Shown here: piece by piece, positions 37,046 through 50,462 of the stretch
How the letters are laid out: every line of letters begins with the position of its first letter
Numbering within the stretch: position 1 is the stretch's first letter
Assembly: GCA_023231475.1 (NCBI GenBank)
Contig: JALJEE010001503.1
Coordinates: 1 to 64,000, forward strand
Direction of reading: 5' to 3'
DNA from: Seison nebaliae
Taxonomy: Eukaryota
Length of the DNA stretch: 64,000 nucleotides
Notes under the pieces: generated by a model
What the model was told of the DNA's origin: nothing
Database searches by the model: none
What the model saw: only the letters and a program-made list of their open reading frames with translations
Translations under genes and position numbers: made by a program

Positions 37046-38923
37046 ATGGAGAATAATGATGAAGCTCCTGCCTTATTGGAAGAAGAAATGGAAATGGAGG
37101 AAGAGATGGAAGATGAAATCGAAGAACATTTGAAGAATGTCGTCATCGACAATTTACAAGGAACAACATTTTATGATTTAGTCTTAAAATCATCTTATAA
37201 TAACGTGGAGATGTTGAGAGAGAAAATTGGAAAGATGTGTGAAGAAATCATTTTGGAGAAAGACGATGACGAATTGACAGATGAGAAATTGGATGAATTG
37301 ATATTGGAAATTCTTGATGAGATTGAAGACGATTTAAAACTTGATAGATATTGTGAGAGAGTGGTAAGTGACACTTTAAAGGAAGAAGAAGTAGAACAAA
37401 TAATAAATCGTGCAGTCAATGAATGTTGTAAAACATTCGGGAAATGTTGTGGTTCAGTGGCGAAGGAGATTGAAACGAATATGAACGAATCTTTCCAATA
37501 TAATTATAATGATATTAAAAGTGATGAAACTTATGAGGATGATATGATCGAAATGTTACCACCATTACGAATTGAGGAGATTTCGAAAAGAATTAATTTT
37601 CTCAAGAAAGTACCAAATATTGTGGAAGAATCAATAAAAGAATATCACATTCTCAAACGAGAGAAAGAAGAAGAAGAAGAAGAAGAGACTAAAATTGAGG
37701 AGAAATTGAAAATTGAAGAAAATTTATTGGAAAATAATTCGATGGAAGAAAATTTAATAGAAATTAAATTAGAAAAGAATCTCGTTGAAAATAAGAAAGA
37801 AGAAAAAGATAAAATGGAATTGGAATTAGATGATGAGAATATATCGATGGAAATAGAGATAAATGAAAAATCAATAAAGGATAATGAAAATAAATTAAAT
37901 TTGAAAGAGAATATAAAAGAAAAGAAGATTGGGAAGAAAGATTTGGAAGAATTAGATCAAATTATTAATTCCATTAAAAATACTCAATATTTGAAAGATA
38001 AAAAATATATTTCTTCTTCATCATCATCCTCTTCCGATTCTTCGTCTTCCTCGTCTTCTTCCGTCTCTCCACAATCACAATTATCACCAATAAACAAATT
38101 AGCCGAAGAATTTGTTGAAGAAAAATCTGATGAAAATATTCAAATGAAAATCGATAGAAATTCAAATAAAAAACATATAATGAATATAGATAACAAATTT
38201 TTAAGTTCTCAACACAATTCACAAATTCAAATTAACAATAATGAAAACGTGAAATTAAAAGAGATGACGACAAAGGATGATAAAAGAGAAAAAAAAGAAA
38301 ATTTAGAGAAAACTTCTACAAAGACAATTGCAACTACTTCAACGAAGAGAATCAAAAAAACATCTGAAAGAAAGACGATTGAAGATGAAAATAATGAAAA
38401 TACTAATAAGATTTCAGAAGAAATTAATGGAAATGTGGAAAGAAGAAATGAGAATAATTCGAAGAAGATTCTTCAAAATTCTGGAAAGAGAAAAAATTCG
38501 AAAAAGAATTTAGAAAAAACTTCAAAGAATTTGATAGAAGAGAAAATAAAGAGAAATTTAGCGAAGAATACTCAAAGGAGATCTAAAAGGAAATTGAACG
38601 AGAATTTAGTAGAAGAATCGATAAAGAAGATCGATTCGAAAGGAGAAATAAAAGAGGAGAATATCGAAGCGATTTCCATGAATTTAGATGATAAATCAAT
38701 CGACAAAGCGGAATCGACTAAAATGATTTTTGACATATCGAAATTTGAAAAAGAATATAATTCGATAAGTTTTCAAAGTGACGAAATTAAAATGATTTAT
38801 GATCAACTTCCAAAGAATAAACGTCTCATAAACAATTTGAATAAGAAGAATGGAATTGAGTTCAATGAATTTGAAGAATTTCTGAAAAAGATTTTAAATT
38901 CAAATGACGATTTTTTTCTTTGA
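37046..38923 (+). CDS. Uncharacterised highly charged (Glu/Lys/Asn-rich) protein, ~625 aa
   Basis: Uninterrupted 1.9-kb ORF with first ATG at 37046, divergent from CCDC40. No recognisable domain. Confidence 0.75.
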   Translation: MENNDEAPALLEEEMEMEEEMEDEIEEHLKNVVIDNLQGTTFYDLVLKSSYNNVEMLREKIGKMCEEIILEKDDDELTDEKLDELILEILDEIEDDLKLDRYCERVVSDTLKEEEVEQIINRAVNECCKTFGKCCGSVAKEIETNMNESFQYNYNDIKSDETYEDDMIEMLPPLRIEEISKRINFLKKVPNIVEESIKEYHILKREKEEEEEEETKIEEKLKIEENLLENNSMEENLIEIKLEKNLVENKKEEKDKMELELDDENISMEIEINEKSIKDNENKLNLKENIKEKKIGKKDLEELDQIINSIKNTQYLKDKKYISSSSSSSSDSSSSSSSSVSPQSQLSPINKLAEEFVEEKSDENIQMKIDRNSNKKHIMNIDNKFLSSQHNSQIQINNNENVKLKEMTTKDDKREKKENLEKTSTKTIATTSTKRIKKTSERKTIEDENNENTNKISEEINGNVERRNENNSKKILQNSGKRKNSKKNLEKTSKNLIEEKIKRNLAKNTQRRSKRKLNENLVEESIKKIDSKGEIKEENIEAISMNLDDKSIDKAESTKMIFDISKFEKEYNSISFQSDEIKMIYDQLPKNKRLINNLNKKNGIEFNEFEEFLKKILNSNDDFFL

Positions 38924-39028
38924 TATCACATTCTCATGTACATATATATTTCACTCGACTTTTCCCCCATTTCTTTCATTAATTTATTTCGTGTCTATAA
39001 ATGTTTGAACGATATGATAATTATTATT

Positions 39029-39068
39029 ATTCTTCTTCTTCTTCTTCTTCTTCTTCTTCTTCTTCTTC
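39029..39068. repeat. (TTC)n microsatellite
   Basis: About 13 tandem TTC units. Confidence 0.95.
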
Positions 39069-39150
39069 ATGAAATGTTTGACAGAAAATCAATTTAACTT
39101 TTTTTTTCATTTCATTAGAATGTCCATTATGAGTGAACGAGAATGAAATA

Positions 39151-41160
39151 ATGAGAAATATTATCAATTATCTTTTCACTCCAAATCATCATTCCAACGA
39201 TCGATATCATCGACGTCTTCAACGACGTATTCAGATCGATAATGAAAGACAAAAATATCGGTCGGAAGATGAAATTAGTAATGATGATTTGGGAAAAATG
39301 AAGAAATTGAAAAAGAAGAAACGAAAAGAAAGTTTTATTTTGGAAAATAATGAAACGAATTCTGAGACGGATAACGGAAATAATCATTCATCATCCACCA
39401 TCATCGAATCAGATAATAACGAAGATTTATCGTCTTCATTCTCATCATATGATTCATATAAAGATGAAGATGATGAAAATGAGAATTCCGTATTAATTTC
39501 AAATTCCAATCATTCAAATCGATTTCATCCATTGCCAAAAATTCTTGATAAATCATCAATATCCTCCTCCAATTGTCTCCCGACACAATGTCGAATGTTT
39601 ATGATCATTCTTCGATATTTCTTCCGATCATTAAAAACGAAAGCATTATCATATCTTATAACATTCATTGTAATTCTTTTCCTCATCGTCAATATCACTC
39701 AACAACGTTTATCTAATTCTTCTTTATATCTTCAAGAATTACATGAAGATAATTCAAAATCGAAACATTCGAATCTCTTCAATTTCGGTCAACAATTAGA
39801 CAGTGACTCAGAGAATGATAATAATAATATAGTAGCATCATTCGAATTATTACAATCATTATTTGAATCGAGAAAAGGTGACACCAACAAAATTCCTTTA
39901 GGAATTGTTGACAATAAAACTCTATTAAATATCAGTGCTACAGATCAGGAGAATCAATTCGTGGACGATGATAATGAGAATGAGATAGAGAATGATATTG
40001 TCTTCGTCACTTATTTTAATCGATTCCATTCATATGAAAAACAAGTTTTATTATCAAAAAAGAAATTCTTTCCAAAAAAGAAACTTATCATATTCGATAT
40101 TCATCTCTCTTTCTCAGTCATTGGAAAAGTTTTGTTTTTTTAAATTAATTTATAAATATTTAAATTAAATTATTTTTTCCATTATTTAAATTAGATTCAA
40201 TCGATGTGTAATGAAACTTGTGAGATAATTCCGTTCCAATTTTCAAAATTTCCATCTTTTGTACAACATCGAACATTCCAAGCATTTAAACCGATTGCTA
40301 TTCAAGTTAATTTTTCCTCCATTAAATAAAATCATAAAAACGATTTTTCCGTTTAGATGGCATTGCAATTATACAATCGAATCTTCTGGTTCGAATATCC
40401 GTTAATATTCGATTGTATTAAAGGACCAGAACGTCAGAGACGAGAAAAGAAAAATATGAAGTTGGTGAAACAGATAAAAAGAATGAAGAATCATTCATAT
40501 GATCAATACCATCAGAGACCGAATAATAAAATTTTAGCAAAAATTTATTTGGAGAATGTGAAAAATGGAGATCTGAGAACTGATCGACTCCTCATCAGAA
40601 ATTATCTGAAGGAAATTCTATTTCAACATACTTATTCAAAACGACATATTACCACATGGAGTAATGAAGATGATGCAATTACGAAATATACACATCAATC
40701 TATCTTTCTCCATTTGACGGATATTCAAACATTTCGATCTCTAAATCATTTAGCCCAAAGTTTCTCAACTCTCAAAAAATTATTAAATTATTTTCATTTC
40801 AATTCAAACGAATTACGACGAATGAAATCTTTCGACACTTATAAATTCATTTATTGGATCGACACGAGATTACTCTTATTGGATAATGACGAATGGAACC
40901 GATCTCTTATCATGTTGCCATGGTTACAATGTACATTAAATAAAACATGTTTAGCACCACCAGAAACACAAGCTGGCGGTTGTAGTAATTTGAGGAAACC
41001 GGTCTATTTGTATGTGGGTTGTCATAAATATTCGTCTTCAATTCTTAACGTCGTACTATCACAAGCATTCCGTTTACCATCGAGAAATACATATTCCTTA
41101 AAATTGAATGATTTCTCTAAAAACATTTTTCAAGTCTACTCCAAAACTGTTGACTATTAA
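39151..41160 (+). CDS. Type II membrane protein with DUF1647-like domain, 3 exons
   Basis: TM segment YLITFIVILFLIV. Then IVFVT..., KFFPKKKLIIFDIHL, FQFSKFPSFV....AFKPIAIQ, MLPWLQCTLNKTCLAP and GCHKYSSSILNVVL, similar to the CHRYDQS motif of DUF1647. Introns at ~40129-40194 and ~40307-40356. Confidence 0.7.
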
Positions 41161-41503
41161 CGTATATTCCATTTTCGTAGTTTTTCTGTTTTCTCCAATT
41201 CCTATTTCTCAATTTATTTAAATATAAATAATTAATAATATAAATATAAATAATTTCAAATATTTTCCATCATCATCATCATCAAACATTTCTAAAGAAT
41301 AATTTAAGGAATGACATAATTATAGAATGAGAAGATAATGGAATGTAATTTTAGATGATTCCTTTTCATGTTTAATCCATTCACATGTCTCCAAAAAAAT
41401 ACAAAAGTTCCTTAAAAGAACAAAAGATGGAAAAAATATAAAGAGTCTCCCAAAACTAATTCTGCTCCATTTTATTTTTCGTGCATCTATTTTCTTATTC
41501 GAA

Positions 41504-42806
41504 ATGAACAAAGATTTCTTGTCAACATTTCCTTGGTTCCCAAATACCATCGGACAATTAGACATATGTTCGAAGAACGTGTTGATGTATGGAAGTGATT
41601 TGGATGCTGATCATCCAGGATTTAAAGATGAAGAATATCGGAAACGTAGACAGATGTTTGCGGATATTGCTCTTCAACATCGTCACGGTGATAATATTCC
41701 CAAAATCGATTATACTTCTTCTGAAGTTTTTTCTTTTAAATGAAATCGTTTTAGAATATACTTTTGACTTTTGAAAATTAGATAGAAACTTGGTCGAAAG
41801 TATTTGAAAAATTGTCATCATTATATCCCGATTTGGCTTGTCAACAATATTTGGAGCATTGGTCTGATCTCGAGCAGATCGGCTACACCAAAACGACAAT
41901 TCCACAATTGACGGACGTGAGTAATTATCTGCAAGAGAAAACTGGTTTCACATTGAAACCGGTCGCTGGATATTTAACACCGAGAGATTTTTTGACAAGT
42001 CTCGCTTTCCGCGTTTTCCATTGTACTCAATATATTCGACATGGAGCTAATCCGTCATATACCCCCGAACCGTTAATAATTAATGGAAAATTTGAATATT
42101 AAATCGTTCTATTTTTTAGAGATTGTTGTCATGAATTATTGGGACATGTTCCGTTATTGGCTGATATGGAATTTGCTAATTTCTCCCAAGAAATCGGTCT
42201 ATGTTCTTTAGGTTTTTAAATATAATAAATTATTTAAATTAATCTAATTATTTAAGGAGCATCAGAAGAGAATGTTCGAATTCTAGCGAATATTTATTTC
42301 TTTTCTATTGAATTTGGTATTTGTATCGAGAATGGAAAACGGAAAGCTTATGGGGCTGGCTTGTTAAGTTCGGCTGCTGGTTTACTTTTCTTTCTTATTC
42401 TTTATCTACTAAATATTATTCCTCTAATTAAGAATTACAATTCGCTATTTGTGATACGACGGCGAAGATTGATGATTTCAATATCAAGAGTATCGGCGAA
42501 GCAACCTGTCAAGTTACCCAATATCAAGACAGGTATTTCGTGTCGAATTCATTTGAAGAAGCAAGACGAAAATTGAGGTTATTCGCCGAAAGTATAAAAC
42601 CGCCATTTCTGGTGAAGTATGAACCTCTGACACGTTCAATCGACCTTTATTATGAAATGAATGATATGAAGAAATTATATGATGAAGTAGAAGAAAGAAT
42701 GATTTTTTTGAAGAAATTACGAAGAATTGTTAAAGAGAAAGAAAGTCATGCGGTGTTGATCGATAGGAGAAAGATGGAACTAATGAAATTATTATTAGAA
42801 TTATAA
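41504..42806 (+). CDS. TPH: Aromatic amino acid hydroxylase, tryptophan hydroxylase-type, 5 exons
   Basis: [26 protein letters not shown] (TPH-type Tyr), [23 protein letters not shown] (Fe ligands), YFFSIEFG (TPH-type Phe), [10 protein letters not shown]. Confidence 0.9.
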
Positions 42807-43118
42807 AAGTTATAAAAATAATGAATCTTTTGTCTATTTATCAATTCTACTTATTTTGTCATTTTCCCTTTCGTTATTATTGTTTGTGTTTCGAATTAAA
42901 ATTTCTCATTCTTCTTCTCCATTATTCCCCAATAATTTCATTATCAACAAGACACATTTGATGAGAAATTGCTGTTTCCTTGACTATAACATATATATCG
43001 TTGAACGAAGAAACTCCATATTTCTGACTTTTATGTCACATATTTCTTCTTTCTTTTTGTCTTCGGAATAATCGATTTCCATATAGTGATCATAAAAATT
43101 TATAACAAAAGAATTGTT

Positions 43119-44891
43119 ATGTCATTATTCCCAATAAATTTAAAAATGTTTCTCCTATTTCTCACTTTATTGATCTTTCAATGTCAAACGATTTCTGGTC
43201 AAGTCATTTTCGATTGTTTCGGTTTAGCTGGCAACTGTTTTTACGAACCTTTGTCATGTGCAAAAAATCGGTCCCACTGTGAAATTTTTCTACAATGGAC
43301 ACGATTACCGAATAGTGAACTCATCCACATCACATTGGAATATCAGGGACATCGATTAAGGAATAAATATAAAATCGGCTACGTCGCTTTTGGTGTATCG
43401 ACTGACGATCGTATGGGCGATGATACTGTCGTAGCTTGTACGGAAAGTTGAAATTGAATTATGAGAAAAATTAAATTTCTTTCAAAATTTCAAATTTTAA
43501 AAATTTCTAGATTATGGTGTAATTCCATATGCGAATCGTGATGGTCATCATTCGACGGAAATGTTGACGGATAATGAAATGAAACTGTTGAACAAGAGGA
43601 TCAATATCGAACCGAATGCAATTAGATGTTCGTTCGATCATCCAATTACAACTTATGACGGCAAGTCGTTGATTGATGGGAAAAAACAGATTTTCATCGT
43701 TAACGGTAAAATGAATAGCCGTTATCTCTATTTTTTGATTTCGAATGATTTAATTTCCATAATTATCAGCTAATCAAATCGGTTATCATGAACATAATGT
43801 TCGGGTGATAAAAGATGTGAATTTTGAGCAACCGGTACGAAGTAGAATGAACTTATATCAACCATCATCTTATATCGCTCATGGTGAATTTTTTTTTTAA
43901 ATTTTAATTAAATAATTAATACAAATTATATTTTTTTGAATTCTTTTTCAGCCGCACTAGAATTATTAGCATTTGTATTCTGTTTTCCAGTAGCGATATT
44001 AATCGGACAATTCCTTAATGGATATATGACAAAGAAATTTAAATTCTGGCAAGTTATTTTCTCTTTGAGTAAACAGTTATCATACTCATTATCGTTGGCG
44101 GTAGCTCCATGTAGCAATAGCATTAATCGGCGTATTACTTGCAGTAATCGGTGTGATTATCGTTGTAGTTGAAAAGAGTGGTTATTATGTCGACAAATAT
44201 CGATCGAAAAGTATCGCTTATATACATGGAGTTGTCGGTGTGAGCGTCCTAGTCGTTTTGGGAGTAGGAGTTAGTTTTCGTAATTATCATCTGGAAATCA
44301 TCACAATTCCTTTCACCTTCACTTTCTTCAGGTAATTATTGGATTTGTTACGGCTTTTATGAAAAAGTTCCATTTCTGTTTTAGAATATTACATTTCATC
44401 TTGACAGTAAGTGCAGCGATGGGTGGAAGTTTAGTAGACATTAAATTACTCATAAAAATCTTATGTAAAAATCATTGTTTTTCAGTTGCCACTTTATTCC
44501 TCGGTTTGGAATTGATTCGGATAGTTAAACCGAAATATGTGTTCTGGATCTTAATCTCCTTCATCATATTCTTCATGTTAATTCACCTGCTGTTATGGTG
44601 CGAACAATTTTGTCGTTATGGTCGAATGATACGACACACGGAATTAAAGAATGACGAGAGTTAGTTCGCATAGAATCAGTAAGTAATAGTCACCATCTGT
44701 CCAATTGACATGTTGCAGAGTTAAGTTATTCGTCGAAAACATTTGGCATATACGGAATGCGATTACTAAATGGTTCTGAAGTACCACACATTCCCAAATG
44801 GATTCCTTGGCTCATTGCTGTATTTTCCGCTATAGTACTCGGATTGGCAGTAGCATGTATCATTGCATTGGGAATGCGATTACGTGAATAA
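43119..44891 (+). CDS. DOMON + cytochrome b561 protein (ferric-chelate reductase FRRS1-like), ~8 exons
   Basis: Signal peptide followed by DOMON motif GYVAFGVSTDDRMGDDTVVAC. Four heme His are recovered after splicing: IAH, FWQ|LH, YIHGVVG, RILH. Several TM segments. Confidence 0.8.
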
Positions 44892-47800
44892 ATATTATTC
44901 AATTATTTCTAATGGATTTTCGACAAAGAAAAATTAATTATTTATGAGGATATCTACTATTCGATTTATCAAGAAATTTCCTCGTTTCTATATCAAAGAT
45001 CATCCTTTCCTTTTATTGCTTCCATTTATTAAGAAACATCTTCCAAATTAATTTTTATTTTAATGAAATTCAATCTGATTTCTTCAATTCCACAAAAAAT
45101 TCATTTTCATCAACATATTCCATCTCCTCCTTATAATAAGACAATGGAAGACAATGAATGATGAGAATGTTAACATAATTATAGTTCACATTAATTAGAT
45201 ATAGTCGTCGCCACATTTCCCACGTAATTATCAGGTGATTCGTGCAAGTTTCAAATGAAACTCCACCATACAGATGGTCGTTAAAATTAGCCAAATGAAC
45301 TAGTAAGAATTGTGAAAGTTTTTATGAGAGTTATTATAAGTGAGAATTGTTGTGTTCATTGTCAGCTGTTATGGTAGAGTTGAGGAATAATGGATTATTC
45401 ATATAGTAGTTCATCATTAATTTCGAGTTATCGGTAGAACGGTTTGAATAGTAAAGTGAATATTTCTTTTGTTTGAAAAAGAATTTTCCATTAATAACAT
45501 TCATTTCCGTTCAACAAATTAGTGGTAGAAATGAGATATATTACGATTCCTATTTTTTGTTTAAAGAAATGAATAGACACTAAAAATTCATTTCCATCAA
45601 AATCAGAAAATAATGGAATTAAGACCATCTCGTATAAACCGCAAAAGTATCGGGAATAGATTTTTTTTTGTTTATAAATAAACAGTCTCTATAATACGTC
45701 TACCGTCAACATAATTGGTAGTGGATGAATCATAGATGATACCTATAGATAAAATTTTCATTTACGAAAATAGATTCCCCTCAAATATATCTGATTCGAT
45801 ATATATAAGAACGATCAGAAGCTGATATTCTGTAGACATTTCTGTACGGAACTATATGGTAAATGTCAATCGAATAGAATGAATTGAGGAAGTTAGAATG
45901 TGTCGCCTGTCATATGATGTAAAGAATGATTTTTATCATTGTCATCGAAACATTCTTGTGTTTGGCATATGTATCTTCGTCTCATATACATCTAGTCTCC
46001 CAAAAGAACCAACATTCCTTCTATAAAGACAAGAAAGCAGGCTTAAATGAGAAAAAAGAAGTATGAGTAGAATGAATGAATGATATCGGGGATTGATAAG
46101 GGCTTTCGTCGATTATGCTTTGAAGAAAAATATTTGGAAAGCAGATGATTATTATATATTCTTAATGGTTCCATTTTCCATGAGAAACAGTAATTGGGCT
46201 GAAGTGAAGATTAGATGGAAAGAAATCATATGTTGATAAATGGAATATATTTAAACCAGCAATTCATATAAATAACCTTCTTGAAAGATTAGAGAGAATG
46301 TTTTTGGATAATATCATTCGTTTTCCATCGCCTAAAATAACCTTCCAATTTCCTTCACACAAATTCATTTAAATCCAAATTAATTATTTATTTTATTCCA
46401 TCATCTTTTCATTTTAATCACCATTATTATTTTCCACCACCAACAGTAAGTAAATCTACAAGAAACTGACTACTAATATTAAATTAATCTTTCATTACAA
46501 TTATTTACGACGTGTTTTGAAATGAAAAGAAAACTCTTCTTATTGTCATCCACAACGCAAGAAGAGATGTCGTTCCTTCTGAAAACTTCTCATAATTGTT
46601 CGAAAATTTAATTATAATCATTCACCATTCCCATGTATTTCTCAGGAAGGATCGAGCTGATGTTTCTTTCTTTAGATTATTACTAATCACATTTTAGTCA
46701 TTGTCAAACAGAATTCTCTTATTATTTCGTTATTAGTTACGAGAACCCATTTATTGCATGTTGAGATTGTTCAAAAAGTTTTTTCTTTCTTGTGACATAA
46801 TAATATAACATTAAATCAACAGAATGATATTGTATCCAGAAAGCATTAGTCTCTTCAATTTCATAAAAGAAGTAACATTCCTTCACATGATTCTGTTACA
46901 TTCAATCATACTGCGAAGACGAACGATTTGAGTGTATAAACAGAAGAAAAGACCTTATGAAATATCCGAGAGATAACACGTATACCCATTTATTTCAATG
47001 ACTCCAATTACATAATATGATGGAAAGAAATGGTCATTTATCGGTAGTGTATGATGACCATCTGGAAATGTATCAGTATACGAACCAGTCATAAATCAAA
47101 GTACTTCAAATGATTAGATGATAAATTATTGAAATTTCATCTCGTATCTATTAAGATGAATTAGGAAAAACACCAAAATAATAAATGTTGTCATTATTAA
47201 TTAAAAATCATTTTATCATTGCGGAGAAAGGCAGAAAAGTGTAATTCCTTTAGGAAGAAAAGAATAAGCCGACCCGAAAGAAATGAGTCATATGATTTAT
47301 CGCTCATTTCCAATTGAATTAGTTCTCATTTGATTACTGTCAGCACACTTCATAACAATATTATTACCACCATCATTTTCGACTAATAACAATTATGAGT
47401 GTTCAAATGAAAGGTATCCAAGGACATTAATAATTCTCCTAACCTCTTCCCCTCCCTTCCACTATTTGGTGAGGGAATACAAAGGAAAATCTTCGAACGA
47501 TTCATCCCGAACAAACTGTTATTAGAAAATATTATTTTTTCATGTTCTCTTGAAACGATTCCATTCAATTTACATTTCAAACACAAATGTATCATTCCTT
47601 CCACGGAAAACTGATTTCGTTCACAATACGTTTTCCGATAATTTCCATCGATTATTAAATTGATGATCATTTGTTGATCATTGCTTGACACTATTTCGTC
47701 GGTTTTTCGGGAGGTGAGTCAATGTTGTTTCGACCTAACGACTTATGAGACTTACACATATTTTGAGTGAGCGTTTTTATTCTTTCAAATGAGAATGAAT

Positions 47801-48347
47801 GAATAATATTTAAATTTTTTAGAAATATTTAAATAATTCATTAATTATCAGGAGTTCAATTGTGTTGTATGAACGTATAAGAAAACGGTGGTGATTCGAA
47901 CGATGTCCGAATAAAAAATAAAAATTATTCGGGTTTGATATGTGAAGGGAAAGAAAGGAGAAAGATCTTTCTGTCAACTCTCCGCCATAATTGAGAGTTG
48001 TATACATTCTAAATGATTAAATAAATAAAGTCTATTTATATGGGGATGAGATGGAAAGAAAGTTCGTACACCAGAAAAGAATCTTATTTTTTCAATCCTC
48101 CACTTTTTTTTAATACGATGACCGATTACATAATTATCGTTTAATGATAAAGAATGATAAAACAAGCAAAACAATTGTTGAGGCGAGAGATATGGTGTAT
48201 AAACATTATTGTCAGTTGTGGTTTATTGACAAGTCTGATCGTCCCAATATTCAGCGTCTTATTTTATGTGCAATGTGATAATGTTATTCTCTTGAGCATC
48301 AATTCATTCATTCAATATTCTCTCATTATTCCGGTTATTCTTCTAGT

Positions 48348-50458
48348 ATGGGTTAATTCTTCTTTATCCACCATATTTGACAACTAACAAATTTTATATT
48401 GATCTCTTATAGTTATTGATAATCATTTCTTTATTGATTTATATGAGAAAGTTAAATAGAATATCAGTTAGTTTTTCATCTCTCAAATTATTATCAATAT
48501 TAATTTATCATTCCATTCATTCAAAAGTTGATAGGAAACATTATTTTCATTTTCGTCTGTAAATGTTTCGTTCTTTATCTACTCATCATTCAAAGTAATT
48601 ACAATGTGGAATTCCTGAGGAAATACTCGTATATTGCCGCTTCCGATCAGGGAGTTGCTAACGGCATCGTTTGGTATCGGAAGAATATATTCCGAATCAA
48701 TCAGAATGTGCAATGTCAAACTAAATTAAATTCAAGACCGAAAAGATTAATTTCTTTAGAAAATTTTGAAAATGGAATATCAACAACTTTATTTCCTCAA
48801 ACTACCACAACGACTTCTATTGTCATCATTGATGATAATATTCCTAATCTAACAACAACTTCGATGATCATTTCTACTACTACTTTAACTACTACTACTA
48901 CTACTACTACTATTAGTTCGAGCACTACATCTACTACAACCACTTTCATTAGCACCTCATCTTCGACATTCCCTTCGACAACTGCCAGTAGCGTCGTTGA
49001 TCTACTGCACATGTTGACAAAGGAACAAAAAGAATTTATGACGGACGTAGATATTTCAAATGAAAGAATTAATATAAATGCGGCGAATGTAACTTACGAA
49101 AAGGAGAAGGAAATAACGGAAACGATTAAAAGTGAGTCGATCGTTATAGCAACCGAGTTGGTCGATGAGGAAAAAGTGGATGTAACGGAATCTCTTCAAT
49201 TCGATGGTTGGAGGAACGAATCGGTTGATACGAGTAAACAATCGATGAAAACAGCCACAAGTGAGAGTGGAATTAAATTATCAGACGATACAAGTGCCAT
49301 TCCTGATTATAAGACAAATACCACAACTATGATAAATAGCATTAACAATAACAATTCTTCTTTTGATAACTGTCAAAATTGTTCGACGATTGAAATGATA
49401 GACAATTCCACTTCTTTCGCTTCCATCATTCAAGATAAAACGATTGATGTAACATCATTCTCATCGATAAATGATAATACGACGATGGAGGATGCGAATA
49501 CATTCTCATTATCAATGGACCATATTATTAGGGAGCGAGTTGATATGATAAACAACTTGTCCACATCCTCATATTCCACAATAGACAATCATTCGATTCA
49601 TTATAATATAGATTCTCTCAAGAAAAAGAGAAGGAACTTAACCGAAATTATGTCGGTAACAAATCGAACTGTCTACAAATTATTGTCTCATGGTGGCAAA
49701 TGTTATTGCTCATCACAATTTGTAATTTATCATTATATTCACATTTTCCATTACGTTCTCTTACTTATTCTTCTCATTATCCTTCTTTACGTGCTTTATC
49801 GATATCGGAAATATGAAAGAAAATCAGTAGGAACATTCGGAGAGAATGGATCATGTGATCGACAATCATGTTTTCAACTCTTCTTCAATTGTATTCCCAA
49901 CAATGTACATCTCCAAAAGACGAGTAAGATCGACAGTGAATTAATAAGTGTAGAAACGAAGAATTTGATGAATTCGTTCCATAAAGAATTGGATTTTAAG
50001 AAACCGAAACAATTCTATGGGGGAAATGATTCGAGAACGCCAATCGAATTAAAAGGTTCCGATACATTCGGTACATTACCATCAGACAACGATTATATAC
50101 AACGAAACGGAACTAGACAAATAGCGTTAAGATTTTTATGAATTTTCAAATTTTATGCTTTTTAATTTTTTTTAAATTTTTATGAAATTTTTTTAGCATT
50201 CTCACAACTGAAGAAGTTCAACAGGAGTCGACGGAGCATATGTATGAAGAGAGTCATAATTATGCTGCACCGTTAGCGAAAGAAGAAGATACAGATTATT
50301 CATCACCAACCAGTTGTACTGATGTAACATCACCGTTATTGAAGAATTTGGAAGAACAAAATCGGAAAATTACAAAAATCAAACAAGAATCACCAAGAAG
50401 AGAATTACAAACGTTCGGACGTCCAATTAATAATGATACATATCAATTTTATCGATAA
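48348..50458 (+). CDS. Thr/Ser-rich mucin-like membrane protein with Tyr-motif cytoplasmic tail, 4 exons
   Basis: Model: ATGG (48348-51) | 48413-48450 | 48528-~50125 | ~50197-50458. N-terminal hydrophobic segment, poly-Thr region, TM YVLLLILLIILLYVLY-RYRK, and a tail with MYEE, NYAAP and DYSSP. Confidence 0.65.
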
Positions 50459-50462
50459 AATT

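Noticed and set aside
46088..46103. TGATAAGGGC resembling the 3' end of miR-184
   Set aside because: The seed does not match and no hairpin partner was found.
48154..48387. 77-aa hydrophobic ORF as first exon of the mucin-like gene
   Set aside because: Its frame is incompatible with the downstream exon phases, whereas the ATG at 48348 fits.
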